DNA of 64,000 nt, from positions 64,001-128,000 of the forward strand of contig JAVRCJ020000013.1 of assembly GCA_034530875.2 (NCBI GenBank), read 5' to 3'. Below are positions 20,858 to 30,166 of this stretch, one piece after another. The position numbers were made by a program, and so were the translations under genes. The DNA comes from Nostoc sp. DedSLP01. Lineage in GTDB: Bacteria > Cyanobacteriota > Cyanobacteriia > Cyanobacteriales > Nostocaceae. Under the pieces are notes generated by a model that made no database searches, was not told where the DNA came from, and saw only the letters and a list, made by a program, of their open reading frames with translations. Every line of letters starts with the position of its first letter. Within the stretch, counting starts at the first letter, position 1.

Positions 20858-21025
20858 ATGAACAATTGGTTATCTACTTCATCTTTGTCTTATTCCCTTT
20901 TAGGAAGTGGGAGTAATAATAATCCTATCATTCCTCCTATCTACATACCTGCTACACCACCTATAGGTAGTCTTCCTAATGTTTCTCCGATTATTATCAT
21001 CCAATCTTCTCAAACAAGATTTTAA
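20858..21025 (+). CDS. Unannotated 55-aa Pro/Ser/Ile-rich small protein
   Basis: AAGGTG 7 nt before ATG; stop 5 nt before the next start. Confidence 0.5.
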   Translation: MNNWLSTSSLSYSLLGSGSNNNPIIPPIYIPATPPIGSLPNVSPIIIIQSSQTRF

Positions 21026-21030
21026 CAGTT

Positions 21031-21642
21031 ATGAAAGGTAGGGATTGGCTATTAACGGGAAACGGTCAGTATCAAGCGTGTAAATCTGTGAGAGCATGGG
21101 ATTTATTGAGAGATAATTACCGCGTTTATCGGTTTTTAACTGAGGTGGAAGATGTTCTCAATAATGTGGAAGATGAATCGAGTTGTTTGCCAGAAATTCG
21201 GATGCTCGTTAGACGCTTGATCGTCAATTCCTACTGGGTGCGGAGTCAGTATTTAGAACCTTCTCCCAAAACGGGAACTTCTGTTTTACTCCTATATGAT
21301 GAATTGGGTTTTCCATTAACGGTGCAAACAGTAACATTTGCACCAGGAACCAAATCAACTATTCATAATCATGGAACGTGGGGAGTAGTAGCGGTGTTAA
21401 AAGGTCAGGAAAAAAATACTTTTTGGCAACGCACTCAGAGTTCAGAATCTCAAGACAAAATTGAATACACGGGAGAACTAACTTTATTTCCAGGAGATAT
21501 TATTAGCTTTACTCCCGATGCAATTCACTGTGTAGAAGCACTGGGCGATGAACCTACTGTGACTTTTAACATTTACGGTGAAACCGACCCTAAAGAAAGA
21601 TTTGAGTTTGACTTTCTTACCCAGAAAGCGAAGAAATTTTAA
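21031..21642 (+). CDS. Cupin, cysteine-dioxygenase-like metalloenzyme
   Basis: IHNHGTWG..G.E.N and IHCV..FNIYG motifs. Confidence 0.82.
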   Translation: MKGRDWLLTGNGQYQACKSVRAWDLLRDNYRVYRFLTEVEDVLNNVEDESSCLPEIRMLVRRLIVNSYWVRSQYLEPSPKTGTSVLLLYDELGFPLTVQTVTFAPGTKSTIHNHGTWGVVAVLKGQEKNTFWQRTQSSESQDKIEYTGELTLFPGDIISFTPDAIHCVEALGDEPTVTFNIYGETDPKERFEFDFLTQKAKKF

Positions 21643-21744
21643 AGAGAATTCAGAATTCAGGATTCAGAATTCTTTGTAGAGACGCGATGAATCGCGTCTT
21701 CTTCCCCCAAATTACGGATTACGAATTGTTATGGAGGTAGTTGT

Positions 21745-22260
21745 ATGGCAAGAGTAATTTTTTATAGTAAACCAGGCTGTAAAGGTGGTACTAAGCAAAA
21801 AGTTTTGCTCACAGCTGCCGGTCATGAAGTAATAGCATACGATTTGCTAACAGAACCTTGGACGGTTGAAAGGTTGCGTTCATTTTTTGGCGATCGCCCC
21901 GTAGCCGACTGGTTTAATCGTTCTTCCCCAAGGGTAAAATCTGGTGAGATAGTTCCAGAAAAAATTGATGCCGAAACTGCTTTGATAATGATGTTGAGAG
22001 ATCCGCTGTTGATTCGCCGTCCTTTATTACAAGTAGGCGATCGCCGTGAGGTAGGATTTGATGTGGAAAAGATTGATGCTTGGATTGGCTTAAACCCTGT
22101 GGATGAATCCTTCCGAGAAATGAGCGAAAATCTTATGAATCAAGATTTGCAAGGCTGCGCCCACAATGGCAAGCACGGTCATCACGACCATCATCACGAA
22201 CAAGGTGGCTGCAAGCATCATGGAGAAGAACACCAAAAACAAGGCAGTTGTAGCCATTAG
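21745..22260 (+). CDS. Nitrogenase-associated ArsC/Spx-family protein with His/Cys-rich tail
   Basis: KPGC, PLLIRRPL, VGFD motifs. Confidence 0.88.
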   Translation: MARVIFYSKPGCKGGTKQKVLLTAAGHEVIAYDLLTEPWTVERLRSFFGDRPVADWFNRSSPRVKSGEIVPEKIDAETALIMMLRDPLLIRRPLLQVGDRREVGFDVEKIDAWIGLNPVDESFREMSENLMNQDLQGCAHNGKHGHHDHHHEQGGCKHHGEEHQKQGSCSH

Positions 22261-22305
22261 TGGTGATAATTTTTAAGGTTATCTAAAAACAACCTTCTGA
22301 CATTT

Positions 22306-22410
22306 GATTGCATCGACCTGCAATGTGATTGCATCAGTCTGCAATGTGATTGCATCGGTCTGCAATGCGATTGCATCGGTCTGCAATGCGATTGCATCGG
22401 CTTGCAACAG
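22306..22410. repeat. Five tandem 21-bp repeats with internal dyad
   Basis: Unit GATTGCATCGGTCTGCAATG(C/T). Confidence 0.9.
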
Positions 22411-22459
22411 TTAGCGGGACTTGCAGATTTCGACTTTTCTTGTGGGGTGGGCGTCTCGC

Positions 22460-22757
22460 CATTGGTGTCAACTTAACGTAAAACCCTTGTAAAGATGTGA
22501 TATCAAGTCCGGCTAATCACTTATAATTAAAATTTCTCCGCGTCCCCGTGTCTCCGCGTCCCCGTGTCAATCTAAATGATAAGTCTTTCAGCGGACATGA
22601 TATGACATTCAGCTATCTCACTTACCATCAAGATCCGCATTACCCCACCCCGGTTTTGTCTAAAGCCAAAACCGCCCCTCCCCTTGGCAAGGGGAGGGGT
22701 TGGGGGTGGGGTAAAACGATTGTGGGGTAAAAGTTTGAGCTTAAGTTGACACCAATG
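22460..22757. mobile_element. MITE, 298 bp, with perfect 17-bp TIRs and nested repeats
   Basis: CATTGGTGTCAACTTAA ... TTAAGTTGACACCAATG. Confidence 0.8.
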
Positions 22758-22884
22758 ACAGGATGTCCACCCCACAATATTGGATAATTTATTTGTTGGT
22801 AATCCCTAACACGTTGTTTCTTTAGAGCATTTTTCAACTACGAGTTAAGGGCATAGCAATGCTATGCCCTTACTGTGTATTTTT

Positions 22885-23844
22885 TTAACGAACTTCAGCA
22901 GTTTCTAAGGACAAATCTTGAAACATCGGGGTGCTGAGGTAGCGTTCGCCGAAGGAAGGTTGAATCATCACGATTAACTTACCGGCGTTTTCTTTGCGTT
23001 TACCGACTTGAATGGCGGCGCACAAAGCGGCACCGGAGGAGATTCCAGATAATAAGCCTTCTTCTTTTGCTAAGCGTCGTCCATAAGCGATCGCTTGATC
23101 GTCGCTGACTCTAATTACTTCGTCAACTAATTCTAAGCGCAGAACATCTGGAATAAATCCAGCGCCAATGCCTTGAATTCTATGGGGCCCGGCTTCACCG
23201 CCTGAAAGGACTGGGCTGTTGCTGGGTTCAACTGCGATCGCTTGAAAAGTCGGCTTGCGGCTTTTAATTACCTCTGCAATACCAGTAATCGTACCACCAG
23301 TACCTACTCCCGCAATTACAATATCCACTTCTCCATCTGTATCAGCCCAAATTTCTTCAGCGGTAGTTTCGCGGTGAATTTTGGGATTGGCAGGGTTGCG
23401 GAATTGTTGCAGCATATAAGCATCGGGAGTATTAGCGACAATTTCTTCGGCTTTACGAATTGCTCCCCGCATCCCCTCAGTACCCGGTGTCAACTCTAAG
23501 GATGCACCATAAGCTCTGAGCATAGCTCGTCGTTCGCTGCTCATAGTTTCCGGCATCGTCAAAATTAACTTGTAACCCCGGGCTGCTGCTACCATTGCTA
23601 AGGCAATTCCTGTATTACCTGAGGTAGGTTCTACTAAAACGGTTTTTCCTGGATGAATTAAACCGTCTGCTTCTGCGGCGAGTACCATATTTAAGCCAAT
23701 ACGGTCTTTTACCGAAGCTGCTGGGTTCATTCCTTCGAGTTTGACGACTATTCTTGCAAGTACTCCCTCAGCTTGAGGAATTTTGTTCAACTCAACTAAA
23801 GGAGTTCGTCCAATCAGTTCTGTTACATCCTTAGCAATTCGCAT
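22885..23844 (-). CDS. cysK: Cysteine synthase A
   Basis: SVKDR PLP lysine, PTSGNTG, GTGGT, IQGIG motifs. Confidence 0.97.
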   Translation of the reverse strand: MRIAKDVTELIGRTPLVELNKIPQAEGVLARIVVKLEGMNPAASVKDRIGLNMVLAAEADGLIHPGKTVLVEPTSGNTGIALAMVAAARGYKLILTMPETMSSERRAMLRAYGASLELTPGTEGMRGAIRKAEEIVANTPDAYMLQQFRNPANPKIHRETTAEEIWADTDGEVDIVIAGVGTGGTITGIAEVIKSRKPTFQAIAVEPSNSPVLSGGEAGPHRIQGIGAGFIPDVLRLELVDEVIRVSDDQAIAYGRRLAKEEGLLSGISSGAALCAAIQVGKRKENAGKLIVMIQPSFGERYLSTPMFQDLSLETAEVR

Positions 23845-24138
23845 TATTTAACCCCTAAAATTCTAAATCTTAGTGCAGAGTATGTACTTATAACAATAAG
23901 CTTTTGTGTATTTGTTTTTGTAGTTAAGTGCAAATGATTGTACATGATTATGTATTTTAGCTAAAGCACAAAATATATAAGTTTCCGAAGAACTTTTCCC
24001 AAATGTTGTCTTAGAAGAACCGAGATGTTAGCCGCTATCCTTCAATTTGTTATGAAAATATGAATTAATCAGCAAAAATTTAATTGCCTTTTCTATTTAT
24101 TCAGTCTATCCTTCTCAACAGATATTGATATTTAGTTT

Positions 24139-24334
24139 TGAGTACAAATTTTGTCACCCAAAAATCCACAAAAAACAGCCTTCAATCCTTACATACATTG
24201 CTTTAAGGTTGAGTACTCCACAGACCAGAACCCCACCTCAAAAATACTAGAACCCCATCTGAAAAACACTAGCACCCATACCCCAATGAATTTTTAAAAT
24301 GCTTATCAGGCAATAATTACAGGCTTTGAGTACT
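24139..24334. promoter_or_regulatory. Putative CnfR-type operator: three TGAGTAC motifs plus 22-bp direct repeats
   Basis: TGAGTAC at 24139, 24210, 24327; repeats at 24224-24287. Confidence 0.5.
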
Positions 24335-24408
24335 ATTTTAATGAATTTAATAATCTTAACGGGACTGGGGTAAACTGTTTTGTGTAGAGGTGGCTGATAT
24401 AAATCGTA

Positions 24409-24543
24409 TAGGATTTACGCAGAGATTCCCCTCTACCCCCCAACATTCCTAAGCGAAAGCTTAACGAACTAGGGGGGACTTCTTAATCTCTCTTTTGCGA
24501 TTAGGATGAAACTACACTCGAGGATATGAAGGCGTTATTCCTA
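24409..24543. mobile_element. Degenerate MITE-like element
   Basis: Ends TAGGATTTACGC ... GCGTTATTCCTA, with an internal hairpin. Confidence 0.45.
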
Positions 24544-24837
24544 AGTAAAGATTCCTATTTTTTGTGAAAAGTTTGGTATTTTATTAATGGTTAATAGTCA
24601 GAAGTAATTAGATAAATAACTGACAATTAATGATTTTAAAATTACCTTCTACACATATTTTAGCATCAGAATTGTTTCAAAAGTAAAAATCTAGCAGATC
24701 ACAGGTAAACGAGATACAAGTTTTAAGAACAAAGCCATAATCTCAAGAGACTTTTAACTCTGTTTTCTGTTCCCTGTTCCCTGCTTGATAAAGATATTTT
24801 CTTACTGGGTGCATACTACCTGGCAAGGGAGAGCAAG

Positions 24838-25257
24838 ATGAAAGCCAAATTTTTAAATGTTCTTACAGTTTGTGTAGTTACCTTAGCGGTGCTTTCTCCA
24901 GAGCTAGTAGTATTTGGCATCATTTGGGAGCGACATATTGAGTTCCTAAAATCACAGAATTTAGCTTGTGAAGTTAGCAAAGCTGGTGTGGCGATCGCTG
25001 CGACTCCCCAGACAGAAAATATACCATTACCTCAGACTAAAATACAAACCTCTGAGCAAAATCTGGTTAAAAAAATGCTAATTTTTACTGAGCAATATAA
25101 ACTTGGCACAATCCTACAATGGTTCTTCTTGTTAACCCCGATTTGTGTAGGGTTAGGTATTATCTTTTACGACAGGTATCTTGTTTATCGCGCTGCTGTT
25201 TTAAAAGAACAAGTTGAAATGTTGGAAAGGCTGTGGCAGCAAAGTATTGAACAGTAA
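24838..25257 (+). CDS. Hypothetical membrane protein (2 TM)
   Basis: Two hydrophobic segments; ends LERLWQQS. Confidence 0.7.
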   Translation: MKAKFLNVLTVCVVTLAVLSPELVVFGIIWERHIEFLKSQNLACEVSKAGVAIAATPQTENIPLPQTKIQTSEQNLVKKMLIFTEQYKLGTILQWFFLLTPICVGLGIIFYDRYLVYRAAVLKEQVEMLERLWQQSIEQ

Positions 25258-25340
25258 ACCGGGCATTATAAAACTTATTTAGAGATTTTAAACTCTCTGG
25301 ATACGCTTCAAATTTGTTCCTTCAAATCCAGAAAATAACC

Positions 25341-25607
25341 ATGACAGAACAACGCCAAAACTTGTATTTTAACCTGATTGATGAACTATTAAAATGCCCT
25401 AACGGTCAGGAACCAGAAGTTTTAGAATCTCATCCAGAATTAATTGATTCTGGTTTAGTAGAAACAATGTTACAAGTAGCAACTATGTTCGCCCATGAAG
25501 GCAACCAAGACGGTGCAAAATTTTTATTTTTTGTTGCCCGCGAACTAGCGAAACAACTGGGTTTATATCCTGAAGTTCCCAACTCTGAAGTTGCTAATAA
25601 GGAGTAA
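25341..25607 (+). CDS. Small helical hypothetical protein
   Basis: LIDELLKCPNGQEPEVL motif typical of a cyanobacterial helical family. Confidence 0.7.
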   Translation: MTEQRQNLYFNLIDELLKCPNGQEPEVLESHPELIDSGLVETMLQVATMFAHEGNQDGAKFLFFVARELAKQLGLYPEVPNSEVANKE

Positions 25608-25609
25608 AA

Positions 25610-25921
25610 ATGCTATTGACTTCAACTGATGCCGGACAAATAGCTTTAGAGCTACTCATGGCAGATTGGAACATTTCAGAAGAAAATAGAGAGTGGTTTA
25701 CAATCTTTAACTCTCGGTTAACTGGTGAGAGTTGGTACATTGTAGAACTAGGCGTAGAAGGATTTCCCGATCGCTGGTTTATTCAAGTGTATGACAATGG
25801 AGTTTGCGATCCAAACTATACATTTATTTCACCGATCGGCGGCTCTGAAGGCTTTACAGACTTAGTAAATCTGCCGGATATTGTCGCTGAGGTTTTAGTT
25901 TGCGAACGCAATGCTCGGTAA
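25610..25921 (+). CDS. Hypothetical protein
   Basis: AAGGAG SD; starts 2 nt after the upstream stop. Confidence 0.75.
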   Translation: MLLTSTDAGQIALELLMADWNISEENREWFTIFNSRLTGESWYIVELGVEGFPDRWFIQVYDNGVCDPNYTFISPIGGSEGFTDLVNLPDIVAEVLVCERNAR

Positions 25922-25970
25922 TAACAATTAAAAATTAAAAATAAGAATTCAGAATTCAGAATTCAGAATT

Positions 25971-26006
25971 AAAAAGAGGTGTACCAAATCAGGTATACCT
26001 CTTTTT
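25971..26006 (+). terminator. Bidirectional intrinsic terminator
   Basis: AAAAAGAGGTGTACC-loop-GGTATACCTCTTTTT. Confidence 0.65.
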
Positions 26007-26237
26007 GTGTAATATGCAGCAAAATTTAAAATTCACCAGCCAGAAAATGTAGGATGCCTTATGGCGTAGGCATAAGACATCATCAACTATTTAAAGTACT
26101 AAATATTTCTAAATTCTGACTTCTGACTTCTCATTTAATCTTTTATTTCAGTTAAATAAAGTAAATTGTCATATTTAATTGACAAGATTATGTTATATTA
26201 AATTAGAGCGATCGACGCTACAGAAATATTAGTTGAA

Positions 26238-26573
26238 ATGATTGCTGAAGACATCTTAGCTAAAGAATTCACAAGAGTCGTCAACCACTACTATCCCAAA
26301 GCTGGAGAATTACTAGACGGGTGTTATGTGAAAGTGATTACCTGTTTTTGGGGACGACCGGCAAGACGCTTGCAATATATAGGAATCTATTGCTCTGCTG
26401 AAATGATTCCTTACGTACAAGCTCACAAAGAAATACTGCGAGAAGTGGCAGACAACATGGGTCTAGTGCAAGTAGTTTGCATAAATGCCAAGCGATTATT
26501 ACGCGACCCAATGTCGAAACTTAAAGAAAATAATCCACGCCTATGGTTGGAGTTGCAGTGGGTTGCTACTTAG
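26238..26573 (+). CDS. Hypothetical protein
   Basis: 111-aa ORF, co-oriented in the cluster. Confidence 0.7.
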   Translation: MIAEDILAKEFTRVVNHYYPKAGELLDGCYVKVITCFWGRPARRLQYIGIYCSAEMIPYVQAHKEILREVADNMGLVQVVCINAKRLLRDPMSKLKENNPRLWLELQWVAT

Positions 26574-26667
26574 TAGTTTGTCAAGCCAGTTTGTCAAGCT
26601 AAAATTGGCGGTTTCAGGGTGACAGAAAGAGTTTTAAATCGAAAAAAGTTGTCTTGACACACTACTA
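26571..26667. mobile_element. MITE-like element, 97 bp
   Basis: TAGTAGTTTGTCAAG ... CTTGACACACTACTA (14/15 TIR match); the left end includes the stop codon of the upstream ORF. Confidence 0.65.
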
Positions 26668-26710
26668 AATAGCCAGCACACACGGTGGGTAAAAAGTATC
26701 AACGCAAGTA

Positions 26711-27715
26711 ATGAAAACTGGAATTTTCTGCAATTACGAAAATCATCACCAAGATGCTCGTCGCGCCATTTTTGAGCAAGTAACGCTGATAAAACAGGCA
26801 GAAAGCTTAAGTTTTCAAGAAGCCTGGGTAAGCGAACATCATTTTAGTGAATCCAATCTTAGCCCATCCATGTTAGTGTTAATGGCACACTTGGCGGGAT
26901 TGACTTCAACTATCAAATTAGGCACAGCGGCCGTGTTATTGCCATTTCATAACCCAATTCGGGTAGCAGAAGACATCGCCACTTTGGATAATTTGTGCAA
27001 TGGACGATTATTATTTGGAGTTGCTAAAGGAGGGCCTTTCCCTCAACAAAACAAGCATTTTGCAACACCAATGAGCGAATCGCGTGGCAAAATGTTAGAG
27101 GCAATGGCATTGATTGAGAAGCTTTTATATGAAACTAACGTATCATTTAATGGGCAATATTATCAATGCGATCGCCTGACAATTTACCCCAAACCATTGC
27201 AACAAAAAATTCCCGTCTATGTTGCCACTGGTGGTGATGATGGTATCGAGTTTGCCGCCAAACATTCTTTCAGTTTGATGGGTGGCCCGCCGTTCTCCTT
27301 ACAAAGATTGAAGAGTACCATTGCCAAATATCAAGCGTTGAATGCTAGTGGTGCAGAAAAGTTTGTGCTGGCACGCTTCTTTTACGTTGGCAAAACTAAC
27401 GATGAGGCTGTGAGTGAAGCGTTACCTTTCATTCGCAAATTCAGCCAAAAAATGAAAGCTAATTCGGCCGAAGTAATGCAAAGTGCGAATCCCGGTCATA
27501 ATCAATTCGATCGCACAAATATTTGTTTCGATGAAGACTATTTAATTGAGAACTCAATTATCGGTGATGTGGAGACTTGTCGAGACAAAATCAAAAAATT
27601 TCAGGACGAATTAAACTTAGGTACGTTAGCACTCAAACCCTCATCTTTAGACGTGCAAAAAAACCTGGAGAGTTTGACGCGCTACAACCAAGAGGTGCGA
27701 AATTATGTCTTCTAA
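26711..27715 (+). CDS. Luciferase-like (LLM class) flavin monooxygenase
   Basis: WVSEHHF, NPIRVAEDIATLD, GRLLFGV, PKPLQ motifs. Confidence 0.92.
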   Translation: MKTGIFCNYENHHQDARRAIFEQVTLIKQAESLSFQEAWVSEHHFSESNLSPSMLVLMAHLAGLTSTIKLGTAAVLLPFHNPIRVAEDIATLDNLCNGRLLFGVAKGGPFPQQNKHFATPMSESRGKMLEAMALIEKLLYETNVSFNGQYYQCDRLTIYPKPLQQKIPVYVATGGDDGIEFAAKHSFSLMGGPPFSLQRLKSTIAKYQALNASGAEKFVLARFFYVGKTNDEAVSEALPFIRKFSQKMKANSAEVMQSANPGHNQFDRTNICFDEDYLIENSIIGDVETCRDKIKKFQDELNLGTLALKPSSLDVQKNLESLTRYNQEVRNYVF

Positions 27716-28079
27716 ATTACACCTGCTACCTCCCGATGATTTACCTCCAACTGAGGTAACAAGAGAGGATGGAATGTTGCAGATGGAATTAGAACAGTCC
27801 ATAGGCAGATGCTTTTTTTTAGCCTGCGATCGCATTACGCGAGTACTGTTATCTAATTGTCAGTGGTATCTGACAACAAATGCCAACATTCTCACATTAA
27901 TTATTGATTGCCCCGACTTAGTATCTTACTGGCATATTGTCAGCAATATTCCCCAGTTAGGTAATCGCTTAGAGAGATTTTCTACTAACGCCAAAATACG
28001 CGTTTATCCACCATTTGGCAAAGGAATGCCCTTTGAAATTGGCGTCAATGAAATCTCTGCTTATCGAGATTGGCTTTAG
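27705..28079 (+). CDS. Hypothetical protein, paralog of 55167-55544
   Basis: Overlaps the LLM stop; shares motifs with the paralog. Confidence 0.8.
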   Translation: MSSKLHLLPPDDLPPTEVTREDGMLQMELEQSIGRCFFLACDRITRVLLSNCQWYLTTNANILTLIIDCPDLVSYWHIVSNIPQLGNRLERFSTNAKIRVYPPFGKGMPFEIGVNEISAYRDWL

Positions 28080-28183
28080 GTCGATAAACGTCATATTGTC
28101 TCACACCCTGTACTCTTAGAGTGCAGGGTTTTGTCATTTAAGAAGAATTAAAATTTTGTATATATCTACTAGTTATATTCAAG

Positions 28184-28558
28184 TTAAATATTAAATTTTT
28201 TCTTCAAAATTTCTCTCAGCACGTTATTAGCTCTCTCTATAAAGTCTTCTTCCGCTTCGGTTTCATGCGGTTCACCAATTTCTTTACTTAAAGATGATAT
28301 GACCTCTTTTGAGGTTGCATATTCAGAAACTTCCTGACTAAATTTTTCCTTTTTTATTTGTGTATCATCTAGCCCAAATAATGTAGTTGCAACAGATGCA
28401 ATACTTATTTGAGTTGCAGCAGCAATGGAAGCTTGTATTGTAGATACATTAATGCCTTTAAAGTCATTCTGATTTTTTGTATCTGCTTGCCAAAAATTTT
28501 CAAAATTAAGATTTTCTAAATTCTTTTGAATTTTAGAGTCTTTTGAATGATTTTCCAT
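28184..28558 (-). CDS. AT-rich hypothetical protein
   Basis: 124-aa ORF. Confidence 0.55.
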   Translation of the reverse strand: MENHSKDSKIQKNLENLNFENFWQADTKNQNDFKGINVSTIQASIAAATQISIASVATTLFGLDDTQIKKEKFSQEVSEYATSKEVISSLSKEIGEPHETEAEEDFIERANNVLREILKKKFNI

Positions 28559-28577
28559 ACTCTTTCAATGACATTAA

Positions 28578-28737
28578 CTAAATATTTTTGTTCTTGCGCC
28601 AATACCTATAGTAATTCCGAAATACTTCTGTAAATTCTTTAACTATTAACTCAATAATTTCTTTTTTGATACTATCAGGTACTTTTTCCCATAATGAAAA
28701 TAACCATTGAAAAAAACTGAAAATAAGATGGAGCATA
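28578..28737 (-). CDS. AT-rich small hypothetical protein (start uncertain)
   Basis: Co-oriented with 28184-28558, 19-nt gap; start near MLHLIF or at 28787. Confidence 0.4.
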
Positions 28738-28863
28738 ATAAAAGATAATTTAAGTAAGTTTTTTTTAGAACTTAGACCCCATTGCAAAATTTAGCAATAA
28801 TCAGAATAAATATATAAACACAATATACATAATGACTATCGTATTTTTACTTAAATACAATAA

Positions 28864-29244
28864 GCTATAATTCGAGAAGCTTTACAAGTTATACGCGCCG
28901 ACGAACAACTAAATCAATTAGAAACAGTTTTGGCGTTTTTTGCCACGTTTGTAATAGAGAGTGCCCTAGTCCAGGAAATCATGAGGTGGGATATGACTGT
29001 GTTGCGTGAGTCGCCTTGGTATCAAGAAATTTTACGTGAAGGAGAAGCGCGAGGAGAAGCGCGTGGACGACGAGAGGAACTATATTCAGGTATTCAATTA
29101 GCACTGGAAATTAAATTTGGAACTCCTGGCTTAAATTTGATGCCAATGATTTACCAAATTACAGATTTACAGCGATTAAAAGAGATTCAGCAGGCTATCA
29201 AAACGGTGAATAAAGTTGAAGAATTACAGCGAATTTGTGAGTAA
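28864..29244 (+). pseudogene. C-terminal part of an Rpn-family (recombination-promoting nuclease / putative transposase) gene
   Basis: LRESPWYQEILREGEARGEARG...LEIKFG; nuclease N-terminus absent; internal GAGGTG-ATG at 28993. Confidence 0.75.
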
Positions 29245-29311
29245 ATTGTTAGCGAGAAAGGGGTGGCGATCGCTATTTTTACAATTTCACCCAAATAGCG
29301 TATCATTATAT

Positions 29312-30166
29312 TCACGCCGTAATTACTGCTGACATATTTGTTATCTTTTCAGTTAGCCATTTATACCAACTATCTAAGTCTAAACCAGTAGTTGCAGAAA
29401 CCTCAAAAATCTGAATTTTGGGATTAACCTGCTTCGCGTATTCCATGCACTTTTGCACATCAAATTGCACGTAAGGTAGCAAATCAATTTTAGTCAAAAT
29501 CATGATGTCGCTAGCGCGGAACATGTGGGGGTATTTTATCGGCTTATCTTCACCTTCCGTGACAGACAAAATTACTACTTTAGAAAATTCTCCTAAATCA
29601 AATAAAGCTGGACAAACCAAATTTCCCACATTTTCAATCATCACAACTGAATTCAACGGTGGGTTTAGTTGTTGTAAACCCCTGTCTATCATCGATGCGT
29701 CTAAATGACAGCCTGTTCCGGTATTAATTTGGATGACTTTACAACCTGTTTCTTGAATTTTTTTAGCATCATTAGTAGTTTCTTGGTCGCCTTCAATGAC
29801 GCTAATAGATAGTTGATGTTTTAAATCATTGATGGTGCGAGTTAAAAGAGTTGTTTTCCCCGCACCAGGAGAACTCATTAAATTTAAAGCGAGAATATTG
29901 CGACCTTTAAACCATCCGCGATTTTGGGCTGCGATTAAATTATTTTTTGCTAATATATCTTGTTCTAATGATATAGTTGTGCCATGTATTTTGGCGTGAA
30001 CTTGAGATGCTTCTGTGTGAGTATCGTGATTGTGGGAATGAGTAATTACAGTGCCATCAGCTAAAGTATGAGTGTGAGTATGGTGATGATTATGTTCGGT
30101 TTCACTTACTTCTAAATTTGTAATTTTGGTTTCGCCATCATCAGAACAACCGCAGGTTACACACAT
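29312..30166 (-). CDS. hypB: Hydrogenase nickel incorporation GTPase
   Basis: MCVTCGC, His-rich region, SSPGAGKT, ENVGNLVCP. Confidence 0.97.
   Translation of the reverse strand: MCVTCGCSDDGETKITNLEVSETEHNHHHTHTHTLADGTVITHSHNHDTHTEASQVHAKIHGTTISLEQDILAKNNLIAAQNRGWFKGRNILALNLMSSPGAGKTTLLTRTINDLKHQLSISVIEGDQETTNDAKKIQETGCKVIQINTGTGCHLDASMIDRGLQQLNPPLNSVVMIENVGNLVCPALFDLGEFSKVVILSVTEGEDKPIKYPHMFRASDIMILTKIDLLPYVQFDVQKCMEYAKQVNPKIQIFEVSATTGLDLDSWYKWLTEKITNMSAVITA

Noticed and set aside
22306..22410. Possible CRISPR array
   Set aside because: The repeats are contiguous with no unique spacers, and no cas genes are in the window.
22548..22837. Short ORFs in the MITE region
   Set aside because: They are translations of palindromic repeats.
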